In this document: positions 1 to 11,102 of the stretch, one piece after another | Numbering within the stretch: the stretch's first letter is position 1 | Layout of the letters: each line of letters starts with the position of its first letter | IMG/VR virus record: IMGVR_UViG_2700988794_000001 | Location: 32,001-96,000 of that record | Strand: one strand, 5' to 3' | DNA: 64,000 nt | Source: a virus | Lineage: Duplodnaviria; Caudoviricetes | Translations under genes and position numbers: made by a program | The notes under the pieces: generated by a model | What the model was told of the DNA's origin: nothing | Seen by the model: only the letters and a program-made list of their open reading frames with translations | Databases searched by the model: none

Positions 1-14
1 ATTCAGTTTCGGTC

Positions 15-3000
15 GTGCTGCCGAACGGCACGGTCGAAGAGCGTGATATCGTCGTTTCTTCTTACGACGTTCCTATCAACATCCTTGATGTCTCAGCGCC
101 CTTCAGCGTAACGCCTGACGAGGAAGCCCTTTGGGTTCTCGCGTCTGATACGCTCGTGCCCTCCTTGTGGAGTTGCATCTCTGTCCGTGAGAGCGAGCCG
201 CATATCTATGAAGTGGTGGGAGCGCAGTACGAGCCCGCCAAGTTCGAACATATCGACAACTCCGCCCGCTTCGATCCTCTGCCGACGCAGAACAATCCTG
301 TCGTGCAGCCGCCGATCAACCTGCTTGTGCAGGAAAGCATCTATACCCAGGACGGCGTTCCGCGCACGGCCTTGCTTGTATCGTGGACCTCGCCCGGCAT
401 CGAGTTTGCCGTGGTCGGTTACGAAGTCGCCTACGACGGCCCGGACGGCTATGTCCAGGTCGGCAGGGTTCCGTCCACGTCCGTGCAGATTTTGGATGCG
501 CCGCCCGGCGATTACACCTTCTATATTTCGAGCGTGTCGCTTAGCCAGCGCGTCTCTCTGCCAGCCACCATCGACTACGCAACTCTCGGCTGGCAGGGTA
601 CGCACAATGGCACCATCGCCAACGTTCGCCTGAAGGGCAAGACGCCCGACATCACGTCGTTCACGGGCTCCTCCCCGGAGTTCGTCTGGGATAACGTGTG
701 GCCCACGGGCACCATCTTCAATCCGGACGGCAGCAGCCCGATCTTCCGCAACAACCTCGTCAGCATCTATGACGAAGTCACCGAAGACCTTCTGCGCCAG
801 GAGTACACCCGCAACTCGAACTACGTCTACACGCTGTCGAAGAACCGCGCCGACAACGCTGTCTACAATCGTGGTCCGAGCCGCGCGTTCCGCGTCGAAG
901 TCCAGGTGTGCGACGTTTACGGACGCCAGTCCGATCCGGGCACCATCTCGGTAAGCAACCCGCCGCCTCCCGCCGTCGCCCCTGTAGGCATTCCGGGCTT
1001 TGGTCAGTTCGTCGTTCGCTGGTCTACTCTCAGCGATCCTGACCTTGCAGGCTTCTTGGTTTGGGTATCGAGCGCGCCGGGCTTCAACCCGCTGACCACG
1101 GAGCCCTACTTCGACGGCATGGTGAACGCCATCACCTATGCGGCGTCTTCCGGCACGACCTACTATGTCCGCGTTGGAGCCTACGACACCTTCGGCAAAA
1201 CCGGCCTCAACATCTCTGGCGAGATCGAGTGCACGGCGGTCGGCTCCGATGACCTTGACCCGCCGGACACTCCGACCGGCCTGACCTCGACTACGTCGCT
1301 GATTTCGGACGTTCAATCCCGCGTCATCTATACCTGGGATGCGAACACCGAACCCGACATGATGGGCTACACGCTGGAGATCAAGGAAGAGGGCGGCGAT
1401 TGGGTCGGCTTCAATACTTCAACGGCGATCTACCCGATCAACGTCCTGCCCTCCACCGCGCTCGATGCACGGGTAAGGGCCTACGACGTGAACGGCAACT
1501 ACTCCGCCTTCACCGCTGTCTACTCGACGGTAGCGGCAGGCGACCTCGTACCTCCGGCGGTCCCGACCAACTGGACGGCCAAGGGTGGCTTCGGTATCGT
1601 GTTCCTGGAAGGTGACCCGAACAGCGAACGCGACTTCCGCGCCTTCGAAGTCTATGCGAGCGAAGCGACTGATGCGCCCGATGGTGCAACTGTTGCAACG
1701 CATACCTCCTCCGCCAATCAGGTGTTCATCACCGATCTTGACGATAACCTGACCCTGAATTTTTGGGTAAGGGCCGTGGACACGTCTGGCAACAAGTCGG
1801 ACTGGACGGCGATGTTCTCCGCCACCACGGTCTCTTCCAACGTCCTCCTGACGACGGAAGCCCTGGAAGGCATCGTGGATCGCACCTCGTTCGCCACCTC
1901 CATCGAAGTGCCGGGCATCGGTAACGCGCTGCCTGACATCCCGTTCGATAGCTCGACGCCCAAGCAGTTCTTCCTTGCCACCGAAGGCAGGATGTACGTG
2001 CAGAAGGTGGACGGCACGGGATGGGTGCTGACCACTTCGACCACGATCCTTGACGGCCAGATCATCACAGGCCAGATCGCTGCCGGTGCCATCGGCACTG
2101 ATCAGCTTGCCGCCAACGCGGTCACGGCCAAGAACCTGTCGATCCGAGACTTCACCGTCCTCGCCGATAACGCAGACATGCAGCTTGGACCGGTGAAGGG
2201 CTGGGCGAATTCGTCCCGCATCTTCAACGACCCGGCGACGGCCTACCCCGGTCAGACGTGGGTGGCTAAGCTCATCGCCTCGGTAACGGTCACGGTCGCC
2301 AACGAACTGGAAGTCCCTTGCAAGGAAGGCGAGAAGTTCTATCTCTCCGCCAGCGTCAAGGCTTCCGGCGCGGCTGGCAGTGGCCGCAAGGGTGTGCGCG
2401 CTCAGTTCCTGGATAGCGCTGGAACGCTGCTCACGCCCGGCACCGCCGATACCACCAGCATCCCCGCCGATTGGGTATCGGTCTCCGGCTTCGCCACGGC
2501 ACCTGCTGGCGCTGTCCGCGTTCGCCTGGAAATGATCGCCTACAACAACGAAGGCGGCACGGTCTACATCGCCAATCCTCGGATGATGCGCGCCGCTGCC
2601 GTGCTTATCGAGCCGAACGGCATCACCTCCGACAAGATCACGACGGGCGAGTTCATCACGCTCTCCGCTCAGATCAAGGATGCGATCATCACCGACGCCA
2701 AGGTTGCCAACCTGTCGGCTGCAAAGTTGACGGCTGGCACCGCGCTTGCTGGAAGCATCACGGTTTCGGGCACGGCGCTTTCGACCATGCAGTCCCAGGC
2801 CAATGACCCGGCGACCCGCATCAATGCGCAGTCCACCCAGATCGACCCAGGCAAAATCCTGATCTCCGGCGCTACCACGCTGGCCTCTTGGCGCGACGGC
2901 ACCGATACCACCTTGATCGCGGGCGGCAAGCTGTCGGCGAACAGCGTGACCGCCAACAAGCTCACTATCGGCGCTCGCGGCATCAACCTGGAGAACATCC

Positions 3001-4536
3001 AGTTCTCCTACGACAAGACGGCTGGCACTGTCTCGTGGACGGCGGGAACGCTGCGCTACATGAGCACGAATGCCACGACCGGCGTTGTCGAACAGCGTGG
3101 CCTCGTGGTCTCGGTGCAGGCACTGCCACCTGGACAACCGGGCGTCTCTACATCTACTGGCAGAAGCCCGATCCCGACCCGGCGCAGTCCACGGCTATCA
3201 CGTTCTCCTCCACGAACGTCATCGCCACGGCGAACGCTTCCGATACCGTCGTCTTCGCCACCTACGACGGTGGAACGAAGTTCAACGCCAACTACGGCCA
3301 GACGATCATCGACGGCGCAACGATCCAGACCGGCACCATCGTAGCCGCACAGATCGCGGCGAACGCCATCACGTCGGACAAGATCACGGCGAACGCTGTC
3401 AACGCCACGCACATTGCCGCTGGCATCATCACCGGCAAGCATCTCGATGCTTGTCCGACTACTCGAACGTCGTTCAGGCTGGCGACTTCGATCAGTTGAC
3501 GGCGGCTGACCTGTGGACCTATGGCGGCGGTTCGATCAGCCCGCAGTATTCCGGCTTGTCGAACACGGGCAACTTCTATCTGGAAGCCAACGGTGCGCAG
3601 ACCGGCAAGTACCAGTTGGTTCTTGACCGCAAGAGCACGTCCTACGGCACCAACCTGAATGCCACCCTGGCAAACAAGTTCCCTGTCACCCAGGGCCAGA
3701 CCCTGACCGTGGAAACGTCCTTCTGCACCAAGGGCAGCGCCACGACGGCGGGCTTCTATCTGACGGTGTACTTCTACGACCAGGACGGCGTCCAGACTAG
3801 CTCGTCGTTCCTCTGGAACAACACGGCCATCCCGGCGGCTTATGCCACGGCGACCAAGAAGATCGTTGTCCCGGCGGGCTCGGTTTACTGCGCTATCCGT
3901 CTGACCCATGGCGTGGGCTCGAACTCACAGTACCTGTATGTGGACCGCGTTGCTGTCCGCTATGCGAATGCCGCCACGCTGCTGATCGACGGTAGCGTCA
4001 AGGCCAACCATATCCAGGTTGACGACCTTGCCGCCTTGCAGATCACGGTCAAGAACATCGACATCGAGACCGGCACGATTGGCGGCGAGAAGCTGACCAA
4101 CGGCGCAATCTCGGATGTCTACGTCGATAGCTCTGGATCGTCCATTTACCTTAACGGCTCCTCGAACATCCTCGTTCGTAACATCGCCGTGAAGGCAACA
4201 GAGCGCTTGATCTTCAATGCCACCTGGAACATCCGAAGCTTCATCGACTTTGACACGGAAATCTGCTGGTATGGTTATGCCCAGCTAGTCGTCAACAGCA
4301 CGGTTATTGCGCAGACTATGATTGTCGGGCCTGCCATTGACGGCTATACGTGTAGCAACCAGTCCATGGCTGGCGCGGCTATTATCGGTTCTGACCAGAC
4401 TGTCACCTGCTACTTCCGCTTCGTCATCGGTTCCGGCGGCACACCTCGTGCAGGCAGCTACAACGGCGGAGCGCTGTCGCAGAACCCGATGTCTAATGAC
4501 GGCGTCTACTGGACCATTCTGAGGGCAAAGAAATGA
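15..4536 (+). CDS. Large tail/host-specificity (central tail fibre J-like) protein, 5' truncated; split by apparent sequencing frameshifts near 3100 and 3445
   Basis: ORFs 15..3344, 2888..3499 and 3070..4536 join; FN3-like repeats (YYVRVGAYD, NFWVRAVDTSGN), ITSDKI/AIGTDQLAANAVT fibre repeats, two carbohydrate-binding-like beta domains. Confidence 0.85.
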
Positions 4537-4928
4537 TTTGGTTCCTACTTTACAGGCTGGACGGCTCCATCGCCCAGCACAGCAACGCCCACAACGAAGA
4601 GGAGGCACAGGCGCTCGCTGAGCTTCTTGACCTCTCTCTTCTTGTGCTGGAAGACCAGCTAGAGGATGTCCGTGACTGGTACGTCCTAGACGGCGCGCTT
4701 ACGCAGAGGAGCGAGATCGCCGCCGAAGACACTTACGATATCGTCGCTGATGGCGTGGCCGAAGTGTCCTTCCCCGTCCCGGCGGGAACGAAGATATTCT
4801 TCCAAAGGGAGTGGCACGTGTCGGACGGAACCTTGGCGTTCGCCACCGACACACCCGGCACCTATACTTTCTTCGTAGAGGGCTCGGTAAGCCACAAAGA
4901 AAAGAAGGTGACCATCAATGCGGTTTGA
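4533..4928 (+). CDS. Tail-associated hypothetical protein
   Basis: 131 aa ORF coupled (ATGA) to the tail gene. Confidence 0.65.
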   Translation: MIWFLLYRLDGSIAQHSNAHNEEEAQALAELLDLSLLVLEDQLEDVRDWYVLDGALTQRSEIAAEDTYDIVADGVAEVSFPVPAGTKIFFQREWHVSDGTLAFATDTPGTYTFFVEGSVSHKEKKVTINAV

Positions 4929-5328
4929 TGTCAAAGCTGGCTTGCAGTCCGTCAAGGACGAACTCAAGGCCAAGGTCGATTACGAAGCCTGGCAACTGCG
5001 CTCGCAGTACATCACCACCATCCCAGGGCAGGACATGGTCTACATGGAAAAGCGCCTGGAGGCAGAGATCGTCGTGGCCGACCCTGACCTCGGCGAGAAC
5101 CTGTCCGCTGCCGAAATCCCGCACGTGGCCAAGGAGGCTACCACCTCCGGCGTCAGTCGCTTCGACAAGTCCGTGGAAATCCTGACGCTGGCGAACCTGT
5201 GGAAGCAGGTGTCTCCGGCTATCGAGGATCGCCGCCTGTCAACGAAGAGCGCCATCGACGCGGCAATTACCGTAGCGGAAGCTCGTGCTCTGAGTGTAGT
5301 GGACTGGTCCGACCTGTCCCTTATGTAG
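4918..5328 (+). CDS. Putative tail fibre assembly/chaperone protein
   Basis: LRSQYIT..PGQDMVY..K..EA and C-terminal AIDAA.T..EA...VDW pattern typical of tail-fibre-adjacent proteins. Confidence 0.6.
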   Translation: MRFDVKAGLQSVKDELKAKVDYEAWQLRSQYITTIPGQDMVYMEKRLEAEIVVADPDLGENLSAAEIPHVAKEATTSGVSRFDKSVEILTLANLWKQVSPAIEDRRLSTKSAIDAAITVAEARALSVVDWSDLSLM

Positions 5329-5417
5329 TGCAACAGTTGCACCGCAGCAGTTTTTGCTTGACATTTATCTCGGCGATAACCTACACGTGTTTCTAATCGC
5401 ACTCGTAGGGATCAACA

Positions 5418-5711
5418 ATGTCCGGTGCTGCACCCAATTCCGTCATCGAGATTACGCGTTCGGAACTCGACGCTATTATCGATGCTGCCGCTGAGCGTGG
5501 CGCTATCAAAGCTTTGAAGAGCCTGGGTCTCGATGATGACAAGGCTCCTCACGATATCCGTGACATTCGTCAGTTGATCACGGCGTGGCGCGACATGAAG
5601 AGCGAAGCGCTGAAGACCGCTGCCAAGATGGTCACGACCGCGATCCTCACGGCCATCGTGATCGGCCTCGGGGTGCAGATGGGCGTGACCAAGCTTTTCG
5701 GAAGCCCCTGA
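5418..5711 (+). CDS. DUF6127-like small membrane protein, possible holin
   Basis: AAERGA..AL..LGL.D..A..DIRD...L..AWR with C-terminal TM helix; upstream of endolysin. Confidence 0.6.
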   Translation: MSGAAPNSVIEITRSELDAIIDAAAERGAIKALKSLGLDDDKAPHDIRDIRQLITAWRDMKSEALKTAAKMVTTAILTAIVIGLGVQMGVTKLFGSP

Positions 5712-5891
5712 TACCCACTGGACGTAGGGCTTCTTCAGCGCTATAAGGTTTTGCAGGCATCACCTAAACCTACACGTGGAGAAGCCAATGCCAAGTTTTG
5801 GGAAACGGTATCTGGTTTACCTCGCGCTGCTCACTACCCTTGCAATTGTCGTGGGCGTGAAAGTGCAACAGGTTGCAAACGGAGTACCGTC

Positions 5892-6566
5892 ATGACTACG
5901 CAGATCATTGCGCTGATGGGCGCTGCCGGTTCCGGCAAAACCACCGTATCGAAAAAACTTCAGGCCTATGGCTTCTCCCGCTACCGGTTCGCCGGAACGC
6001 TCAAGCTCATGCTCCGCACTCTGGGGCTGACCGAAGAGCAGGTGGACGGCAGCGAGAAGGAAATCCCCTCCGATCTTCTGTGTGGTCGGACGCCGCGCCA
6101 CGCCATGCAGACCATTGGCACCGAATGGCGTGACATGATCCACCCGCATCTCTGGACGCGGGTTCTGGAAGCGCAGATCGTCAACCAGATCGCCGCCAAT
6201 GAAAGCTACGATCCGCCGCGCCCGTCCTTCATCGTCATTGACGATTGCCGCTTCCCCCACGAGGTGGATATGATCAGGCGTCTTGGCGGCGAAATCTGGT
6301 GCATCCGTCGCGCCCAGACCGAGCCCGGCATCGTTACCCGGTGGGTGTCGAAGCTGCCGTGGCCGCTGAAGCGCTTGGCGGCTTTCGTCCTCAACATCAA
6401 GCCTCTGCATCCGTCCGAACTCTACTGGATGGACATTGACGAGGATGTGACCCTCTACAATAACACCTCCGAAGCCGACCTCATGGATACCGTCGAGACG
6501 GCGATCTACGAGCGCATCGAAGGTCCGACCAAGGACACGGAAAATGAACAACTCTCTCTTCTTTGA
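5892..6566 (+). CDS. Deoxynucleoside monophosphate kinase (T4 gp1-like)
   Basis: GAAGSGKTT P-loop, FAGTLK, TPRHAMQTIGTEW, IDDCRFPHE, HPSE motifs. Confidence 0.9.
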   Translation: MTTQIIALMGAAGSGKTTVSKKLQAYGFSRYRFAGTLKLMLRTLGLTEEQVDGSEKEIPSDLLCGRTPRHAMQTIGTEWRDMIHPHLWTRVLEAQIVNQIAANESYDPPRPSFIVIDDCRFPHEVDMIRRLGGEIWCIRRAQTEPGIVTRWVSKLPWPLKRLAAFVLNIKPLHPSELYWMDIDEDVTLYNNTSEADLMDTVETAIYERIEGPTKDTENEQLSLL

Positions 6567-7730
6567 CGCGGTCAAGCGGTCGCTCTTCGGCGGCTCGCTG
6601 ACGGACGAACAGCGTCGTGGCATGACGGCCATCCTCAACGTCTGGATTGCCCGTGGGACCAACGACGTTCGCCACCTAGCCTATGTGCTGGCCACGGCCT
6701 ACCATGAGACCGGGACACGCATGATCCCCGTCCGTGAGGGCCAGGGCCAGCGCAAGCTGTGGTCCGACGCCCAGGCACGCAATGCCGTCGCGCTCCTCCT
6801 GAAGGCCAAGAAGATCAAGCGCAACTACGCGCTGCCCGGCTCCTATGGCAACAGCTTCTATGGTCGCGGCTATGCCAGATCACCTGGGAGACGAACTACA
6901 AGCGGATGAGCCCGCTTACTGGCGTCGATCTTGTCCGCTACCCCGACAAGGCCCTGGAGCCGGAGATCGCCGCGATCATCCTTATCGAGGGTTCGACCAA
7001 GGGCGTATCGCTGAAGGGCGACTTCACCGTCTATTCGCTCGAAGACTTCATCGCCGGAGACAAGTGCGACTACGTCAACGCCCGCAAGGTCATCAACGGC
7101 CTGGACCGGGCTGGAGACGTTGCCAAGTACGCGCTGAAGTTCGAAGCCGCCCTGGAAGACGCGGGCTATGAGCACGTTCCGGCCAAGGCACCCAAGAAGA
7201 TCAAGGCTACCCCCGCCAAGCTCACCAGCGAGCAGCTACGTGGCATACAGCAGGCCCTGAAGGACAAGGGCTACACCATGGTCGGGCGCGTCGATGGTGA
7301 ATGGGGCGACAACACCGAAGACGCGATCCTCGCCTTCCGGCGCAAGAACGGCCTCCCACTCGTCCCGGTTATCGATGACGAATTCAAGGCTGCTCTCTGG
7401 TCCGGCGAGAACAAGGCCGTCAGCGATGTCCGCTCTACGGCAAAGCTGGCAGACCTGAAGGGCATTGCGCCCGGCGCTTCCGAAGTGGCCCTCCTGAAGA
7501 AGGGAGCTACTTATGTCGGTCTCGGCTCGTTCGCAACCGGCGGCGCGCTCTCGACCGACGACATCACCGGAGTGACCAGCAAGATCAGCGCCGCCAAGGA
7601 ACTGATGGCCATGCTGCCGTCGCCGGGAACGCTCTTCCTCATCGCAGGTGGCGCGCTCCTGCTCTACTTCCTGGTAACCCGCGTGGGTTCGAAGATCGTC
7701 CACGCCTACCGTGAAGGAAGCATCTCATGA
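6544..7730 (+). CDS. Endolysin: GH19 domain + peptidoglycan-binding domain + C-terminal TM; frameshift near 6875
   Basis: LAYVLATAYHET, FYGRGY|QITW..NY, ARKVING.DRA; IQQALKDKGY..GRVDG.WG..T..AI.AF PG-binding motif. Confidence 0.88.
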
Positions 7731-8026
7731 GCGCCTTGTTTCGGATCGGCGGAGAAGTCATCCCGTGGTTGATGAGCTTCAGCATCACCAGGGTTCTCCT
7801 CATGACAATCGCCGCCGGGGTTATGTGCTTCGGCGGTTACGTCTTCTTCAGCGGCCAGACTGCCAAGACGACGGTCGAGGTTCTACGCCGGGAAAACCAC
7901 ACGCTCGCCCGTGGCAAGGCGGCAATCGAAATGCGCGTCCAGTCAGACGGCAAGGTTGGCTCCCTGGAGAACGCCGCCAAGGTGAAGGAGCTACGCCGAT
8001 GGGCCGTAAGTACAAAAAAGGAATAG
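7727..8026 (+). CDS. Putative inner-membrane spanin (Rz-like)
   Basis: N-terminal TM then helical region, directly after endolysin. Confidence 0.6.
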   Translation: MSALFRIGGEVIPWLMSFSITRVLLMTIAAGVMCFGGYVFFSGQTAKTTVEVLRRENHTLARGKAAIEMRVQSDGKVGSLENAAKVKELRRWAVSTKKE

Positions 8027-8277
8027 ACTGGAACGGCGTCGTCTTCGCGATCTTCATGGTTGCCCTGGTCGCCGTCCTGTCGTCTTGCGTCACCACCAAC
8101 GCGGCGGTTGATCCCGGCAAGGCTCCGCTACCTAACTTCTGCGAAGTCCAGGTCGCCTACCGTCCGCCGGAAGCAGAGTTGCAACATGTTGCCAAGTCGC
8201 CGTACACGGTGGACTATCTCTTGAAGCTCAATCAGTTTGGGCAACAGGTATGCGGCTGGGAGGAAAGTGTGAAATAA
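7999..8277 (+). CDS. Putative outer-membrane lipoprotein spanin (Rz1-like)
   Basis: Signal peptide with lipobox LSSC; overlaps end of Rz-like gene. Confidence 0.65.
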   Translation: MGRKYKKGIDWNGVVFAIFMVALVAVLSSCVTTNAAVDPGKAPLPNFCEVQVAYRPPEAELQHVAKSPYTVDYLLKLNQFGQQVCGWEESVK

Positions 8278-8372
8278 TTTGTAATATGTCGTTGACATGT
8301 AGTGTGGATGTGTTACAACCAAATCGTTCCTTGAAGCCTGCCCTTTGGCTCTTTGGAGTTGCGACAAAATCG

Positions 8373-8407
8373 AGCCGTTTGATCTGCCCTGATCAAACGG
8401 CTTTTTT
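8373..8407 (+). terminator. Intrinsic terminator
   Basis: AGCCGTTTGATC-tgccct-GATCAAACGGCT-TTTTT. Confidence 0.85.
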
Positions 8408-8418
8408 CATTTTAGGTG

Positions 8419-8447
8419 TTGACAAAGGATCGTTCCCAAGTTAGACA
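8419..8447 (+). promoter_or_regulatory. Conserved phage sigma70-type promoter
   Basis: TTGACA-AAGGATCGTTCCCAAGT-TAGACA. Confidence 0.8.
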
Positions 8448-8499
8448 TATGGATGGCTACCACGAGCCACCACGAAACCTTAAACGGAGAGCACTGACA

Positions 8500-10173
8500 A
8501 TGGTCGGAGCACAGCTTACAAACGAACAGGCGGTTGTTCGAAATGCGGACGGGTTCCGCTCGAAACTCGCCATCCTCGATAAGGCCGCAGTCGGCGTTAT
8601 CCTCTGCCGCACCCGCGAGCCCTATCGCGCCCTGGACACCATCAAGGACTACGCATTCGGCGAAGACGTTGAATGCCGCCTCTGGACGGTCCTGTATGGT
8701 TGGGCCAAGTACAACAAGGCCGACCCGACCGCTGCGCCCCAGGTGGACAACCTGAAGGAAATCAACGGCGCTCTGATGGCCATCGGCGACATTGCTGGCA
8801 GCACGACCGGCTTCCCGAACGGCTTCTACGCCATGATGTACGCTCACTTCTGGCTGAAGCCGGGCCAAGCCAACCCGGTGACGATCCAGATCATCAAGGA
8901 ATATTGCCGCCTCTTCACGCAGAACGAAAAGCGCCTGATCCTTCTCGCGCCGCTCGGCTACAGCCTTCCGCAGGAACTGGAAGAAGACGTTCTGATCCTG
9001 GACTTCGACACGCCGTCGCACGCCGAGATGGGCGACATTTACGACGTGGTCATGGAAGGCTTCGGCGACAAGAAGCCGAACTTCAACAAGGACGCCAAGA
9101 ACCGCACGCTTGCGGCGGCGGCTGGCATGTCGCAGCAGGAGTTCGAAACCTCGCTGTCACGCGCCGTGGTCACGCACCGCAAGCATCTGCCGAATGTCGA
9201 TCCGGACCTGATTATCGGCGAGGTCATGCAGTCCAAGGTGGAAGTCGTCAAGCGCTCGGAAGTGCTGGAGGTGATGGAAGCCACCAACATGTCGAACGTC
9301 GGCGGTCTCGAAAACCTGAAGGAATGGTTGCGCAAGCGTGCTCCCACCTTCGGCGAGGATGCCAAGAAGTTTGGTATCGATGCACCCAAGGGCATGGCCC
9401 TGATCGGCCCTCCTGGTACGGGTAAGTCACTTTGCGCCAAGGCGACCGCCAACTTGCTCGGCTTGCCGTTGATCAAGTTTGACATCAGCCGCGTGTTCCA
9501 GTCGCTTGTCGGTCAGTCCGAGGAGCGTGTCCGGGCGGCGCTGAAGATGCTCGATGCCATGGCACCCTGTGTCGTCATGCTAGATGAAGTGGACAAGGCC
9601 TTTCAGATGGGCTCTGGCGGCGACAGCGGCGTCTCTCAGCGCATCTTGGGTCTTATCCTGACCCACATGCAGGAGACCCACGCTCCGCTCTTCTGGGTGG
9701 CGTCGGCGAACCGCGTCGATAACCTGCCTTCCGAGTTCCTTCGGCGCGGACGCCTGGACGAGGTGTTCTCTGTCTCGGTTCCGGAAGACGATGAACGGCT
9801 CGACATCATCAAAATCCATCTGCGCAAGCGCGGCCAAGACCCGGACAAGATCAAAGACCTGGACGTGGCAGTGCAGAAGTCGAACGGCTACGTTCCCGCA
9901 GAGTTGGAAGCGGCAGTCAAGGACGCCTTGATCGACGCCTTCAGCGACAACATTCCTGTGACCGGCGAACTGATCGGCAAGCAGCTTGGCAACATGAAGC
10001 CGCTGTCTGTCGCCTTCGCGGAACAGTTCCAGCGCATGACCGAGTGGGCGGATAACAACGCACGCCCGGCGTCGAAGTCCAAGGAGGAGAAGGTTGCCGT
10101 CCGTGCCCGGTCAAGAACCGCACCGGCAGTGGCTTCCTCCGGCAAACGTGCAGGTATGTCACTGGACAGCTAA
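8500..10173 (+). CDS. Ycf46-like AAA+ ATPase
   Basis: VGGLENLKEWL, GPPGTGKS Walker A, MLDEVDK Walker B, ASAN, LRRGRLDE Arg finger; inactive N-terminal AAA-like half. Confidence 0.88.
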   Translation: MVGAQLTNEQAVVRNADGFRSKLAILDKAAVGVILCRTREPYRALDTIKDYAFGEDVECRLWTVLYGWAKYNKADPTAAPQVDNLKEINGALMAIGDIAGSTTGFPNGFYAMMYAHFWLKPGQANPVTIQIIKEYCRLFTQNEKRLILLAPLGYSLPQELEEDVLILDFDTPSHAEMGDIYDVVMEGFGDKKPNFNKDAKNRTLAAAAGMSQQEFETSLSRAVVTHRKHLPNVDPDLIIGEVMQSKVEVVKRSEVLEVMEATNMSNVGGLENLKEWLRKRAPTFGEDAKKFGIDAPKGMALIGPPGTGKSLCAKATANLLGLPLIKFDISRVFQSLVGQSEERVRAALKMLDAMAPCVVMLDEVDKAFQMGSGGDSGVSQRILGLILTHMQETHAPLFWVASANRVDNLPSEFLRRGRLDEVFSVSVPEDDERLDIIKIHLRKRGQDPDKIKDLDVAVQKSNGYVPAELEAAVKDALIDAFSDNIPVTGELIGKQLGNMKPLSVAFAEQFQRMTEWADNNARPASKSKEEKVAVRARSRTAPAVASSGKRAGMSLDS

Positions 10174-10195
10174 GTCTGCCACGTGATATAAAGGG

Positions 10196-10306
10196 CTTGC
10201 TCGGCGCATCCGTTCGCCGGGCAAGGATGAGCGGGGCCGGTTCGTGGTTCCTTCATCCCGCAACCGGGAGGGTTTGAGGTGGTTCTCCGCCCTCCCGGCA
10301 TCCTTT
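10196..10306 (+). ncRNA. Putative three-hairpin sRNA with anti-RBS loops
   Basis: Stems 10196-206/10215-225, 10231-235/10257-261, 10264-272/10290-298, then U-rich tail; upstream TGGACA..TGnTATAAA; loops CGTGGTTCCTT and GGTGGTTCTCCG. Confidence 0.6.
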
Positions 10307-10356
10307 TGCAACATGTTGCATTAAGGCTTGACAAAGGAACGGTGCCAAGTTAAATT
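10307..10356 (+). promoter_or_regulatory. Palindrome + conserved promoter
   Basis: TGCAACATGTTGCA, then TTGACAAAGGAACGG..TAAATT. Confidence 0.8.
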
Positions 10357-10385
10357 CCTATTGTGAACCACCACGGAGAACCACA

Positions 10386-11024
10386 ATGCTCATTTCCGCA
10401 ATCACTGGCGACCAGAACTTCCCGAACGGCAGCGCGAAGCTGCATCTCTTTTTCGTCCCGACGCGGCAGCGCATGGGGCAGGAGGTTCATATTGGTCAGC
10501 TTGCCCGAGGCGTCAACCCAGACGTTCCCTGCTCTGCCACCAACATCCGCCGCTTCAATGCGATGAATGGCGCTCCCGAAACCCTTGGGAAGTGGACGCA
10601 GGCCAACTACGATGTCCCAGAGGGTGTCGTGCTCAAGCTCTTCGGCACCCGGCGCACCTCCATCCAGGGGCAGAACATCGGGTCCGCCTCCGCAGTCATC
10701 TATGTCCAGGCGCGCTCGAATGCGGCGCTGACAAGCATCGACTTCAGCCTTATCCCTAACGACCGTTCGCCGATCACGCGGGCAGAGTTGCAGGGTAGGT
10801 TCGACATTCTCACAGGTGCGGAACTCGCACAGCTTGGCGTCTCCATGAACCAACAGACGCTGATGTCCATGAGCGAGCGCAACGTGAGCCGGGTATTCGC
10901 GTTGAGAACCCTTGAACGGCAGCTTCAGGCAAAGCAGACCGTCCGGACCACCACCGTGAATAATTCTGATGGCGAAGCTGTCGTCATTCAGAAGCAGGTA
11001 GCAAGGCGTGCCGTCAAGCTCTGA
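10386..11024 (+). CDS. Hypothetical protein in the AAA+ module
   Basis: 212 aa, GGAGAACCAC RBS, ends RRAVKL. Confidence 0.75.
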   Translation: MLISAITGDQNFPNGSAKLHLFFVPTRQRMGQEVHIGQLARGVNPDVPCSATNIRRFNAMNGAPETLGKWTQANYDVPEGVVLKLFGTRRTSIQGQNIGSASAVIYVQARSNAALTSIDFSLIPNDRSPITRAELQGRFDILTGAELAQLGVSMNQQTLMSMSERNVSRVFALRTLERQLQAKQTVRTTTVNNSDGEAVVIQKQVARRAVKL

Positions 11025-11033
11025 ACATAGGCC

Positions 11034-11062
11034 TTGACAAAGGATTGGGGTTAAGTTAGATT
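11034..11062 (+). promoter_or_regulatory. Conserved promoter
   Basis: TTGACAAAGGATTGGGGTTAAGTTAGATT. Confidence 0.8.
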
Positions 11063-11102
11063 AGTCATAGTGGAATTGACCACGAAGGAAAGGAACCACG
11101 GA

